Positions 28,089 to 37,635 of a stretch of DNA of 64,000 nucleotides are shown here, piece after piece (positions within the stretch are counted from its first letter, which is position 1; the number at the start of each line of letters is the position of its first letter). This stretch comes from an uncultured Clostridium sp. (GTDB taxonomy: Bacteria > Bacillota > Clostridia > TANB77 > CAG-508). The notes below the pieces were generated by a model. That model had not been told where the DNA came from. It ran no database searches and saw nothing but the letters and a program-made list of their open reading frames with translations. Position numbers and translations under genes: made by a program. Location: the NCBI GenBank assembly GCA_947570695.1, contig CANOVB010000004.1, positions 97,092 through 161,091 of the forward strand. The letters run 5' to 3'.

Positions 28089-30614
28089 TTATGCAAGTTT
28101 ATTTGCTTTTCCTATTTCTGGGTAATCTTTCAATATTTGTTCTGCTAAGTTATCATTTACTTTAAAAGCTTTTACGTATCCTTCCAAAAAAGTAGCTTTA
28201 TCTTTTAGTGCTTCAACTTCTGAATTCACATATATATTAGCTTTTCCTTTACCATTTTTAGCTTCTTGAACTAAGTTTGAAACAGGCGAATTTCCATCAA
28301 ATGCAACTACTATTGAATTTCTTCTTTCAAATATTTCATAATTGAAACTTTTATAAATCCCCATTTCTTCTCTTTCAGTTGATATTCTAATTCCATTTAT
28401 ATTTTCTTTTAAAATTCCATCAATTTCTTCTGCAGATATCTCTTTGGGTACAATCGCATTTATTTCAAATTTTTTATTTAATTCTTTTGCAGCATCTAAA
28501 ACTGCTTTTTCATAACCATTAATTTTGTGCCCTACTACAAAATATACTTTCTTTTCATCTAAATTTTCTACAAGTTTTCTAATAACTTCTTTTCCTTTTT
28601 CATCTAAAACAGTTTCTCTATTTTTAGCATTAAAACTTCCACCAGCTATAACTACAGGTACTTTATCTTCTGGTAATTTTTTTATTTTTCCTTTTAACTT
28701 TTCCTCTGAACTTAATTTATTACTTAATCTCATTGGAATTATATTATCTTTACTTTTTTCTATATTTTCTTTTTCACATTCTAATATAGCTTCTCTTATT
28801 GACCTTCCAGCTAAAAACTTTTCAAACTTTTTAGCTTTTTCTTTAAAGTATTTTTTTGAATGATTTATTATTTCATCTTCAACTTCTCTCATTTTAGAGA
28901 AATCTTCCTCTGAAAGTCCTATTAAATTCTGAAGTGCTAATTGCTCATCTATTGTATCTGAACCATAAAATCCACATCCATCAGTTCCTTGTACACATTT
29001 TATCCCATTACTTAAATATTGTTTTAATGGATGTTTATCTAGAGCAGTTAAATTATTTAATCTTACATTAGAAGTTAATTGAAATTCTAATACAGCACCT
29101 GTTTCTTTCATAGATTTCATTAAAGCTTTACCTTCTTTAGAATTTAAGTCAGCTGTATATAACCCGTGTCCTAATCTAAATCTTGGTATTTTTTGTCCCT
29201 TTAATAAAGATGATTTTATACATTCAATAGATTTTGCAACATTATCTCTTAAACTATCATTTTCTCCAGCATGTATTCTTATTGTAAATCCTTTATCTTC
29301 ATTTACAGCATATTGAACAAGTTCTTTTATAACTGGTTGTAGTTCTGAAATATCATTAATTTCTTCTCCTATAAAATCACTACCAACTACATAAGGACTT
29401 TTTGCAACTGCTTTTAATACATCTAAATTTTCTCTTAAATAATTTGAACTTGTTTTTTGATCTTTAATTATTGTTAAAGGAATTCTTCTTATTGCAAATA
29501 ATAGTCTTATTTGAACTCCTGTTTCAGCTTCAATTTTAGGCATAATTTCGTGTACATCCTCTAATACTTTTACTGCTGGTTCTCCAAGTTTTGCTAAATC
29601 TGTGTCTGCTATTTCTGTATAAATAATTCCTTGTTTTTGATATTCTCTTGCTATCCACAAATATTTATCTTGTCTTAAAGTATTATGTTCAAAAACGCTT
29701 CCTGTTTTTTTATCTTCTAACATCTTTTTAACATAAGATACAATATCATTTTCAGGTATTTTTTCTATATCTTTTATATTTAATTTAATTTTGTTTTCTG
29801 ATACTGTTCCTTTACAAAATACATATCTATAAATATATAATTTTTCAAGATTTGTGAAAACTGCCTGCCCATCTTTTAGTAAAGCTAAGCTTGTTCTAAT
29901 TTTTAAAATATTTTCTTCAGCATTTTTTAAGTTATTTAATATTAAATCTGCAAAATTTATAAAAGTGTTATCATCTATTTTTCTTGTTAAATATTTACCT
30001 TGCAATTCTGAGTTTTCAAATTGTTTTTCTACAATTTTTCTATCTTTATATATTGCTTTTTCCTGCTTTTGTGTTAATTTTAAATTTAATTTCTTTATAT
30101 AATATAATGGATATCTTAATTGATTTACTATTCCAAGTGAAATTAGAACATCTGGTGTTAAATTTGCATTCATATGTGTATGCAAATCTGTTCTAAATTT
30201 TGATTTTTTAAATATATAAGACTTTACTATTGTTTTTGTTATATCAAATTTATAATCTTTTGTTTGCGACATTAAAGTTTTTGTTATTGCTGGCATTTTT
30301 GCTTTTACTTCAATTCTATTTTCATATATATTTGCTATTTTAGTTCCTGCTAACCTAAAAATATATACCTCTTCATTGTCGCCATTAATTGAAGCAGGTA
30401 TTACATCTTTTATTATTTTTAAATTATTTTCATCTTTAATTGTTTCAAGATTACATAGTTTAGCTAAATTTGAAATTAAATTTCCACTTTTATGATTAGG
30501 AGTTCTTATAATATATGTTAATTCATCCTCAGCTTTTTTATTTTTATATAGTTCTACTACAATATCTTTTTCTTTGTCTATATAAAACTTGTTAAAGTAT
30601 TCTAAATTTTCCAT
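28089..30614 (-). CDS. Multidomain protein: unknown N-terminal domain, adenosine-deaminase-like amidohydrolase domain and C-terminal SLOG/LOG-like Rossmann domain
   Basis: 841 aa. ADA-family metal ligand motifs in correct order: DLHTHMNANL (HxH, around res 143-147), RIHAGE (around res 445), GHGLY, VQGTDGCGF (terminal Asp motif). C-terminal PVVIAGGSF… VVGHKINGYEKAVLDAA resembles the DprA/LOG/SLOG GxxxGxDxxA Rossmann signature. Confidence 0.65.
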   Translation of the reverse strand: MENLEYFNKFYIDKEKDIVVELYKNKKAEDELTYIIRTPNHKSGNLISNLAKLCNLETIKDENNLKIIKDVIPASINGDNEEVYIFRLAGTKIANIYENRIEVKAKMPAITKTLMSQTKDYKFDITKTIVKSYIFKKSKFRTDLHTHMNANLTPDVLISLGIVNQLRYPLYYIKKLNLKLTQKQEKAIYKDRKIVEKQFENSELQGKYLTRKIDDNTFINFADLILNNLKNAEENILKIRTSLALLKDGQAVFTNLEKLYIYRYVFCKGTVSENKIKLNIKDIEKIPENDIVSYVKKMLEDKKTGSVFEHNTLRQDKYLWIAREYQKQGIIYTEIADTDLAKLGEPAVKVLEDVHEIMPKIEAETGVQIRLLFAIRRIPLTIIKDQKTSSNYLRENLDVLKAVAKSPYVVGSDFIGEEINDISELQPVIKELVQYAVNEDKGFTIRIHAGENDSLRDNVAKSIECIKSSLLKGQKIPRFRLGHGLYTADLNSKEGKALMKSMKETGAVLEFQLTSNVRLNNLTALDKHPLKQYLSNGIKCVQGTDGCGFYGSDTIDEQLALQNLIGLSEEDFSKMREVEDEIINHSKKYFKEKAKKFEKFLAGRSIREAILECEKENIEKSKDNIIPMRLSNKLSSEEKLKGKIKKLPEDKVPVVIAGGSFNAKNRETVLDEKGKEVIRKLVENLDEKKVYFVVGHKINGYEKAVLDAAKELNKKFEINAIVPKEISAEEIDGILKENINGIRISTEREEMGIYKSFNYEIFERRNSIVVAFDGNSPVSNLVQEAKNGKGKANIYVNSEVEALKDKATFLEGYVKAFKVNDNLAEQILKDYPEIGKANKLA

Positions 30615-30685
30615 TATTATATTATCTCCTACCTTTCTTTTTTATTTATACTAGTTAATTTTATATTATACCAGAAAAAGCAAAA

Positions 30686-30735
30686 AAGTGCAAGTTTTTG
30701 CACAAAAAAACAAGATACTTTTTGTATCTTGTTTT
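30686..30735 (-). terminator. Rho-independent terminator (double hairpin) downstream of the LRR-dockerin gene
   Basis: 10-bp perfect stem AACAAGATAC/GTATCTTGTT with TTTTT loop and a second GTGCAA…TTGCAC hairpin. On the minus strand a U-rich tract follows. Confidence 0.55.
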
Positions 30736-30758
30736 TCAAAATTGGGAATTATATATTT

Positions 30759-31060
30759 CTAATTACCTAAAATTGAGTCTTTTAGGAATTGGAAAGCATC
30801 ATACATACGTACATTTCCGTCTCCACTATAGTCTCTTATTTTTACATCTATTGCATCTAGAGTTGCTCCTGGAATTATTGTATCTTTTAGTATTTGAAAT
30901 GCATCATACATTCTTGCATATCCGTTTCCTGTTACATCTCCTGGTACTACTGCTGTAATTTCTGCAAATACATTTCCAAGTTCATCTTCAATTTTTATAA
31001 CAGCTCTTGAGCCAATCTTATCTGTATTTTCTTTTTCATTTCCGTTTTTATCTAATATTT
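30759..31060 (-). repeat. Dockerin-module DNA repeat, copy 1 (3' end of LRR gene)
   Basis: About 200 bp of near-identical nucleotide sequence (…aaaattgagtc…gcatcatacatacgtacatttccgtct…ctcctggaattattgtatcttttagtatttg…catcatacattcttgcatatcc…) plus about 100 bp of more diverged similarity. Shared with the copies at 33389 and 35827. Confidence 0.7.
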
Positions 31061-33203
31061 TTACTTCATAATTATTATTTATTGCTGGGAAATTTTCAAC
31101 ATTTACATAATCTTTTACTCCTATTGCTGTTTCGAATGGTATAATTGTTACATCTTTTTCATTTACTTTTACTGCTTCTAGTTTATCTGTTTCACTATTT
31201 ACTTTAACAAATTCTCCATCTAATGCTACAAATTCAAAACCTTTCTCATTTGCTAGCTCTTCTGCTTTACTTCCTTTATATCCATAAATAACTGGATTAA
31301 AATCACCTTTTTCAAAAAGATATTCTTCTGCTAAAAGACTAAATGTTCTTGGTAATACTAATTTTTTCATAGCTGTACATTTATAAATTCCACAAGTATC
31401 AATTTCTGTTAGTCCCTCTGGTATAACTAATGCTTCTAATGAATTGCATGCAGCAAATGTATTATGGTCTATTTTTTTTATATTTTTTGATAAAGTTATT
31501 TTTCTTAAATTTGTACATCCACTAAAAACTCCTCCTGAATACCCTTCAGTATTTCCTGTATTATCTCCTAAATAAACTACAGTATCTGGAACAACCATTT
31601 CTGTTATTGATGTGCATCCATAAAAAGCCATTCCTCTAATATCTGTTACACTTTCTGGTATTATTACATTATTTAAAGATGTACATCCCCAAAACAATCC
31701 ATAAGATATTATTGTAATATTTTCTGGTAAAGTAATATTTTGTAGTAATTTGCATTCTTCAAAAGCTTCTCTTCCTATCTCTGTAACACCTTCTGGAATA
31801 TTTATGCTTTTTAATTTTTGACAATTAAAAAATGCTCTATCTCCAATTTTTGTAATTGTTTCTGGTAATATGATTTTTTCTAAATTGTAATCTGCATAAT
31901 CTCTATAAAAAGCTCCTTCTCCAATTTCAACTACTGGCAAACCTTCATAAGTTTCTGGCACAGTTACTTCTGTTTCATTCATTCCAAAAAAGTCTTTTAC
32001 TATATAGCCTGTTCCTTCTGAATTTAATTCATAAACAGGACCTACCATTTCATAATATGGGTCTTTTTTTACATTTACTCCTCTAGTTTCCAAATCAGCT
32101 AATACTTTAGAATTTACTTCACTATCTTGAGCAAATGGATTTGAAGTTAAATCTACACTTTTTAAATTTGATAAGTCTTTTAAAAAGCTTATATCTTGTA
32201 TTTTATTTCCTTGAGCTGTTATTGTTTCTACACTAGGGCAATTTGATATATTTACTTCTGTTACTTTTGCATTAGCAAATTGAATATCTTTTAATTTTGG
32301 TAAATTTCTCAAAGTAATTGTTTTTTCTTTATTACTTGAAATATTTATATTAAATGTTTCTAAATTTGATAAATCTGCTAAATTTATTTCATTTAAATCT
32401 GTTCCACCTAAATATATTGTTTTTAAATTGTTTAATGAATTTATCCCAGATGCATCTGTAAGTGGATTGTTAGTAACTTGAATAGTTTCCAATTTAGTTA
32501 AACTAGATAAATCTGGTATTGATGTAATTTTATTATTTGTTAATGATAATCTCTTTAAATTAGTACAACTATTTAATGCAGATATGTCTATTATTTCATT
32601 CGTTGCTAAGTCAAGAGTTTCTAAACTACTAATACTTGCAAGTGGAGTTACATCTTTAATACTATTATTGTTTAAAATTGCTGATGTTAAATTTTGAAGT
32701 TTTGCAAGTTCTGACATATTAATTATATTACGTGCCATAATTGTTAAATTGCTTAAATTTGTAAATCCTCCTATTCCTGTTAAATCTATATCTTCTTTTG
32801 TCCCTGCTCCTAATACTTGTATCCACATTGTTTGTATTCTTTCTTTATTTGGATAATTTGCTAAAGGTACAAGACTTTTAATTGTTCCATCAATAGTAAG
32901 TGTTCTTAATGAAGTAGCATAAGTTAGTGCTGAAAAATCACTAGGTAAAACATCTTTAAATGTTATTCCTACTAATCTTTCTATTTCATTTACTGAAATT
33001 TCTCCATCTTCATTTGCATCTAACATTTCTCTTGGACTTATATTTATTACTGTTTTCAATAAAAGTGATTTTAAATTTTCATCTTCTATTGGTATAATAT
33101 CATCTCCTGTAAGTCCCTCTTCTACTGCAAAAGAATTTGGCATTATCAACAATAAGGCTATTGCAAATACTGTTAAAATACTCAATATAATTCTTTTATT
33201 CAT
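30759..33203 (-). CDS. Secreted BspA-type leucine-rich-repeat protein with C-terminal dockerin module
   Basis: 814 aa. Signal peptide. LRR region (…LSNLTxL…NxIxDI…). LRR_5/BspA-type repeats (IPEGVTEIGREAFEEC…, FYGCTSIT…). C-terminal twin Ca-binding loops GDVTGNGYARMYDAFQILKD … RDYSGDGNVRMYDAFQFLKD match the dockerin DxNxDGxxxxxD duplicated segment. Confidence 0.7.
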   Translation of the reverse strand: MNKRIILSILTVFAIALLLIMPNSFAVEEGLTGDDIIPIEDENLKSLLLKTVINISPREMLDANEDGEISVNEIERLVGITFKDVLPSDFSALTYATSLRTLTIDGTIKSLVPLANYPNKERIQTMWIQVLGAGTKEDIDLTGIGGFTNLSNLTIMARNIINMSELAKLQNLTSAILNNNSIKDVTPLASISSLETLDLATNEIIDISALNSCTNLKRLSLTNNKITSIPDLSSLTKLETIQVTNNPLTDASGINSLNNLKTIYLGGTDLNEINLADLSNLETFNINISSNKEKTITLRNLPKLKDIQFANAKVTEVNISNCPSVETITAQGNKIQDISFLKDLSNLKSVDLTSNPFAQDSEVNSKVLADLETRGVNVKKDPYYEMVGPVYELNSEGTGYIVKDFFGMNETEVTVPETYEGLPVVEIGEGAFYRDYADYNLEKIILPETITKIGDRAFFNCQKLKSINIPEGVTEIGREAFEECKLLQNITLPENITIISYGLFWGCTSLNNVIIPESVTDIRGMAFYGCTSITEMVVPDTVVYLGDNTGNTEGYSGGVFSGCTNLRKITLSKNIKKIDHNTFAACNSLEALVIPEGLTEIDTCGIYKCTAMKKLVLPRTFSLLAEEYLFEKGDFNPVIYGYKGSKAEELANEKGFEFVALDGEFVKVNSETDKLEAVKVNEKDVTIIPFETAIGVKDYVNVENFPAINNNYEVKILDKNGNEKENTDKIGSRAVIKIEDELGNVFAEITAVVPGDVTGNGYARMYDAFQILKDTIIPGATLDAIDVKIRDYSGDGNVRMYDAFQFLKDSILGN

Positions 33204-33388
33204 GTTTTCTCTCCTCCTTTTAATTAATTTCGTTTTCTATTAAAATTCTTAAATATTATATATTTTTGATAGGAAAATATAGCGAGAATTTCTACTCACA
33301 AAATTAAAAATCTAGCTTTTATTTGATTAATAATCTATAAAAAATAAATGAAAATTTAAAATTAAACTTTCATTTATTTTTCTATAAT

Positions 33389-33690
33389 TTATCCTAAAAT
33401 TGAGTCCTTCAAAAACTGAAATGCATCATACATACGTACATTTCCGTCTTCATTATAATCTCTTATTTTTACATCTATTTCATCTAAAGTTACTCCTGGA
33501 ATTATTGTATCTTTTAGTATTTGAAAGGCATCATACATTCTTGCATATCCATTTCCTGTTACATCACCTTTTACTACTATTGTATATTCTGCAACAATAT
33601 TTCCACTTAAATCTTCTATTTTTATAACATTTCTAGAACCTATTTTTTCATTATTATTTTTAATATTGTTTGATAAATTGTAAAGTTTAA
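33389..33690 (-). repeat. Dockerin-module DNA repeat, copy 2 (3' end of CAP/Big_2 gene)
   Basis: Direct repeat of copies 1 and 3, roughly 90% identical over the first ~200 bp by eye. Confidence 0.7.
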
Positions 33691-35773
33691 CTTTATAATT
33701 TATATCTAATATTGGAAATTTTTCTGAAGTTAAAATAGTATTAAAACTTGTATTTTTATTAAATACCATAATATCCTTTGAAGAAATTTCTGCTGTAGGA
33801 ATTGTTGTATAAATAATATCTAATATTTGTACTTTTACATTACATGTTGCTGTTAATTCACTTCCATCTAAAGTTTTGGCTGTTATTATTGTGGTTCCAT
33901 TTTTTAGTGCTGTTACTACTCCTTCTTGATTTACTGTAGCTATACTTTCGTCATCACTAGTCCAATAAACCTCCTTTTCACTTGCATCTTCAGGAAGTAT
34001 TATAGCACCTAATTTTTCTGTTTGGTTCTTATATGAAAAACTAATATTAGATTTATTTAAAGATATACTTTTAACTGGATTCACTACAAATACTGTTACA
34101 TAAGTTTCTGGTGTCATTTGAGTTTTATCCTTAGAACTGAATCCTTTTGCTAATATATTACAAACTCCTTCTCCTACTGCTGTTATATTTCCTTTTTCAT
34201 CAACTGTAGCAACATTTTCATTACTACTTCTAAAAAGTACTTCTCTATATGTAGCATTAGTTGGATTAAGTGATACCGTTAATTTAGTCTGTTCTCCAAT
34301 TACAAGTCTTTCTTTTTTTAATTTTAAATTAACACTTGAAAGTGGTATAAATTTATTAACCAAAACATAGCATTGAGCTGTTTTTCCATTGCTTGTAGTT
34401 GCTGTTATTATTGCAGTTCCATTACTTATTGCTTTCAAGTTTCCATTATTATCAATAGTTACCACAGCATTATTACTTGACTCCCATGTAATAGTTTTAT
34501 CATCTGTTGTATCATTTGGTAATATAGTTGCTACTATCTTTCCACTTTCGCCTTCTTCTAAATTAATATTTTCTTTGTCTAATATTATACTTTCTATATG
34601 TATATTGTCTAAAACAGTTATATTATATGTAGCAGTAGCATCTCCAATGCTTGCAGTAAGAACTGCTTTTCCTTGACCTGTGGCTGTTATTTTTCCATTT
34701 TTGTCTACAGTAAATACATTTGTGTCTGAACTTTTCCAAGTTAAATCTGAAAAAGCTATTGAAGTTTTGGCTGATTTATAACCTGCATTTGTATTTTTTA
34801 CAGAAGTTGGTGATAATGTTTCTCCAATAAATAATGTGTTATTTTCATTTATTCCTTTTATGCTTATATCTATATATCCTTTTCCAACTGCTACTTCTAC
34901 TGTATTATTCACATCTTTTTTCCCTGATAAAGTATTTTCATTATCTGAATTACTTTTTGAAAACAGCTGTACCCAATATGTTAATCCATTAATTTGATAG
35001 CAGCCTACTCCAATAGCTTTGTGTGTTTCCTTTACTATTTGAGCTTTATGCCCCGATGAATTCATCCATTTATCCATTATATTTAATGTACTACTTGACC
35101 CTACTCCTATATTTTCTCCATTAATTTTCTTATTTACAGAAAAGCAAGAAAGTCCATTAGGTCTATCATGATCCCAATATATTGAAATTTCAGTAGCTCT
35201 TTGCATAGCTGATTCCATTAAACTATTATCTATTGTTAGTAAACTTAGTCCAAGTTTTGATCTTTCTTCATTTACTAAATCTACTACTTCTTTTGCTTTG
35301 TCATAATTATATGTACCACTTATATTTACATTTACAATTTTTCTATATGATCCATCACTTAATTGAGTAAGTGTTGATGGAATCGTATATTCTGTAAGTT
35401 TTGGGCATGCATTTTTAAAAATATTGCTTATGTAATTTAATGTAGATGGCATTTTTACAGTTGTTAAATTTGGACAACTATCAAAGGCATAAGCATCAAT
35501 TCCTAATATTCCTTCAGGTAATATAATAGTTTTCACAGTAGAATTATTTTCAAAAGCAAGTATTCCTATCATTGTTACTTTTTTATTATCTATCATACTT
35601 GGTACTGTGACAGTTTGTTCAGTTCCTGTATATCCTACTATGCTTATTGTTCCATCACTTAAATTATCATACTTATAATTACCACTTGAAGTTGATGCAT
35701 AAGATTTATTATTTAAAATAAATTGCCATACCAAAACTAGTAAAATAATTAAAATTGTTTTTACTTTTTTCAC
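33389..35773 (-). CDS. Secreted CAP/SCP-domain protein with multiple Big_2 (bacterial Ig-like) domains and C-terminal dockerin module
   Basis: 794 aa. Signal peptide. CAP-like region (…NSSGHKAQIVKETHKAIGVGCYQ…). At least four Big_2 repeats (…TWxSSNxxVATVDxxGNxTAxxxGTAxITAT…). C-terminal dockerin shared with the neighbouring genes. Confidence 0.7.
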   Translation of the reverse strand: MKKVKTILIILLVLVWQFILNNKSYASTSSGNYKYDNLSDGTISIVGYTGTEQTVTVPSMIDNKKVTMIGILAFENNSTVKTIILPEGILGIDAYAFDSCPNLTTVKMPSTLNYISNIFKNACPKLTEYTIPSTLTQLSDGSYRKIVNVNISGTYNYDKAKEVVDLVNEERSKLGLSLLTIDNSLMESAMQRATEISIYWDHDRPNGLSCFSVNKKINGENIGVGSSSTLNIMDKWMNSSGHKAQIVKETHKAIGVGCYQINGLTYWVQLFSKSNSDNENTLSGKKDVNNTVEVAVGKGYIDISIKGINENNTLFIGETLSPTSVKNTNAGYKSAKTSIAFSDLTWKSSDTNVFTVDKNGKITATGQGKAVLTASIGDATATYNITVLDNIHIESIILDKENINLEEGESGKIVATILPNDTTDDKTITWESSNNAVVTIDNNGNLKAISNGTAIITATTSNGKTAQCYVLVNKFIPLSSVNLKLKKERLVIGEQTKLTVSLNPTNATYREVLFRSSNENVATVDEKGNITAVGEGVCNILAKGFSSKDKTQMTPETYVTVFVVNPVKSISLNKSNISFSYKNQTEKLGAIILPEDASEKEVYWTSDDESIATVNQEGVVTALKNGTTIITAKTLDGSELTATCNVKVQILDIIYTTIPTAEISSKDIMVFNKNTSFNTILTSEKFPILDINYKVKLYNLSNNIKNNNEKIGSRNVIKIEDLSGNIVAEYTIVVKGDVTGNGYARMYDAFQILKDTIIPGVTLDEIDVKIRDYNEDGNVRMYDAFQFLKDSILG

Positions 35774-35826
35774 TATAATCCCTCTCTTTTTTAATTATTA
35801 AATTAATCAAAATTTATATAAATTAT

Positions 35827-36140
35827 CTATCTCAAAATCGAATCTTTTAAAAACTGGAAGGCATCATACATACATACATTTCCGTCTTCATTATAATCTC
35901 TTATTTTTATGTCTATTTCATCTAAAGCTACTCCTGGAATTATTGTATCTTTTAGTATTTGGAATGCATCATACATTCTTGCATATCCATTTCCTGTTAC
36001 GTCGCCTTTTATTACAGCAATATATCTAATTAATTCTTCACCTGCTTCATTTGAAATTACTATTGCATTTTTTGAACCAATTCTTTCATTTTCCCCTTGT
36101 TTTATGTTTTCATCTTTATCTACTATTTTAATTTCATAAA
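35827..36140 (-). repeat. Dockerin-module DNA repeat, copy 3 (3' end of transglutaminase-like gene)
   Basis: Direct repeat of copies 1 and 2. Confidence 0.7.
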
Positions 36141-37632
36141 TTCCTAATACTGGAAAATTCGCTTCAGTTAATACTGTTTTTATTAAATTATCTTTTCCAA
36201 AATTTAATACATTTTCTAATTTCTCGTCTAACTTTAATGTTGTATATATGACTTCACTTCCTGGCACAATATATACATTTGTTTTTTTGCTTTCAGTACT
36301 TGAGCCTCCATTTACTAAATCTGTTGTATCATAATAAAATTTATTATTCCTAAATTCTACTGAATATACTATTTTGGCAATATCTTCTAATCTATAAAGT
36401 TCTTCAATTTCTGTACCATCATAATTCATTTTCCAAATTGCATGTTGAGTAGTAAAATATAAATTTTTACTATCTTCTGTTAGACCTGGAAACCAAAAAA
36501 TGAAATCTGAAACATTTACTGTTATTTTTGAAGTTTCATTATTTCTGTAATTTATTTTTGTAAGTTCAAAACTATTTCTAGATTGATCATTAAAACTTTC
36601 TGGATTTTTTATGTAATACCAATAGTCATCTTTATAAATTAAATAATTATCTACAAAAAACCAATCTGAATTATCATATTTTTCACTTGTTCCAGCAACA
36701 TCTGATACCCAAGAATAATGTTCTCTATTATTTAAAAATTCTTTATCACTTACTAAAAAATATTTATATTGTGTTTTTCCATCTCCTTTTATATCATTCC
36801 ATGTAACATCTACATGATAGTAATTTCCATCTAACTTAACTAAATTCCATGCATGATTCATTGGATCACTTGTTGTAAGTACTGCTTCTATTTGGGCTTG
36901 TTTTAATAAATACATAAAAGCTTTAGAATATCCATCACATACTGGTCTTTCATCTACTAGTGCTGCTACCATTGTATGAATTCTTGGAGAGACTAAATCA
37001 TCTGAATATTCACATTTTTTGCATAAATAATTATTTGTGTAAATTATTTTTTCCAAGTCATTCCATTCTGGTTTTATTCCACTTAAATACTCTTCTACAA
37101 CTTTATTAATTACTTCCCAATTTGAACTTATTTCTTCTTTAGTCATTATATAATTAAAAGTTACAGTTGTAGTTATCCCATTTTGATATCCACTCCATGT
37201 TGCTCCATATACCGCAAAGAATTCTGGCTCTCCATATAGTAGTGTTATATATTTTGCAGTTTCTGCAAATGGTATATTATAAGCTGTTACATCTATATTT
37301 TCATTATGTTTTTTCATTTCTTGTAGCATATAATCTCTAAAAGATAAACTTTCAGAATCACTCATATATATACTTGGTTCATAATAATTATCTTTTTCTT
37401 GAGTATGTATTTTTTCATTCATTTCATAATAATTATCATAATTTATAATAATTTCACTTTCTACAATTTGATTATCTTTAATGTCACTACTAATTTCTTC
37501 CTCTTGAATACTTGAAATTGTTTCTTCATCATTTACACCACTTACAATCTCATCTGTAGCCAATACTTCTGGACTAATTATCAAAAGCATTATAATTAAA
37601 CTAATACTAAATAAATAACTAATCTTTTTCAT
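35827..37632 (-). CDS. Secreted transglutaminase-like cysteine protease-fold protein with C-terminal dockerin module
   Basis: 601 aa. Signal peptide. Transglutaminase-core triad context CDGYSKAFMYLLK … HAWNLVKLDGNYYHVDVTW. Same C-terminal dockerin (GDVTGNGYARMYD…RDYNEDGNVCMYDAFQFLKD). Confidence 0.65.
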   Translation of the reverse strand: MKKISYLFSISLIIMLLIISPEVLATDEIVSGVNDEETISSIQEEEISSDIKDNQIVESEIIINYDNYYEMNEKIHTQEKDNYYEPSIYMSDSESLSFRDYMLQEMKKHNENIDVTAYNIPFAETAKYITLLYGEPEFFAVYGATWSGYQNGITTTVTFNYIMTKEEISSNWEVINKVVEEYLSGIKPEWNDLEKIIYTNNYLCKKCEYSDDLVSPRIHTMVAALVDERPVCDGYSKAFMYLLKQAQIEAVLTTSDPMNHAWNLVKLDGNYYHVDVTWNDIKGDGKTQYKYFLVSDKEFLNNREHYSWVSDVAGTSEKYDNSDWFFVDNYLIYKDDYWYYIKNPESFNDQSRNSFELTKINYRNNETSKITVNVSDFIFWFPGLTEDSKNLYFTTQHAIWKMNYDGTEIEELYRLEDIAKIVYSVEFRNNKFYYDTTDLVNGGSSTESKKTNVYIVPGSEVIYTTLKLDEKLENVLNFGKDNLIKTVLTEANFPVLGIYEIKIVDKDENIKQGENERIGSKNAIVISNEAGEELIRYIAVIKGDVTGNGYARMYDAFQILKDTIIPGVALDEIDIKIRDYNEDGNVCMYDAFQFLKDSILR

Positions 37633-37635
37633 TTC

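Noticed and set aside
33340-33380. AT-only 12-bp palindrome (AAATAAATGAAA…TTTCATTTATTT) downstream of the CAP/Big_2 gene as a terminator
   Set aside because: The stem is entirely A/T and would be very weak. Possibly functional, but it is indistinguishable from the background palindromicity of this AT-rich DNA.
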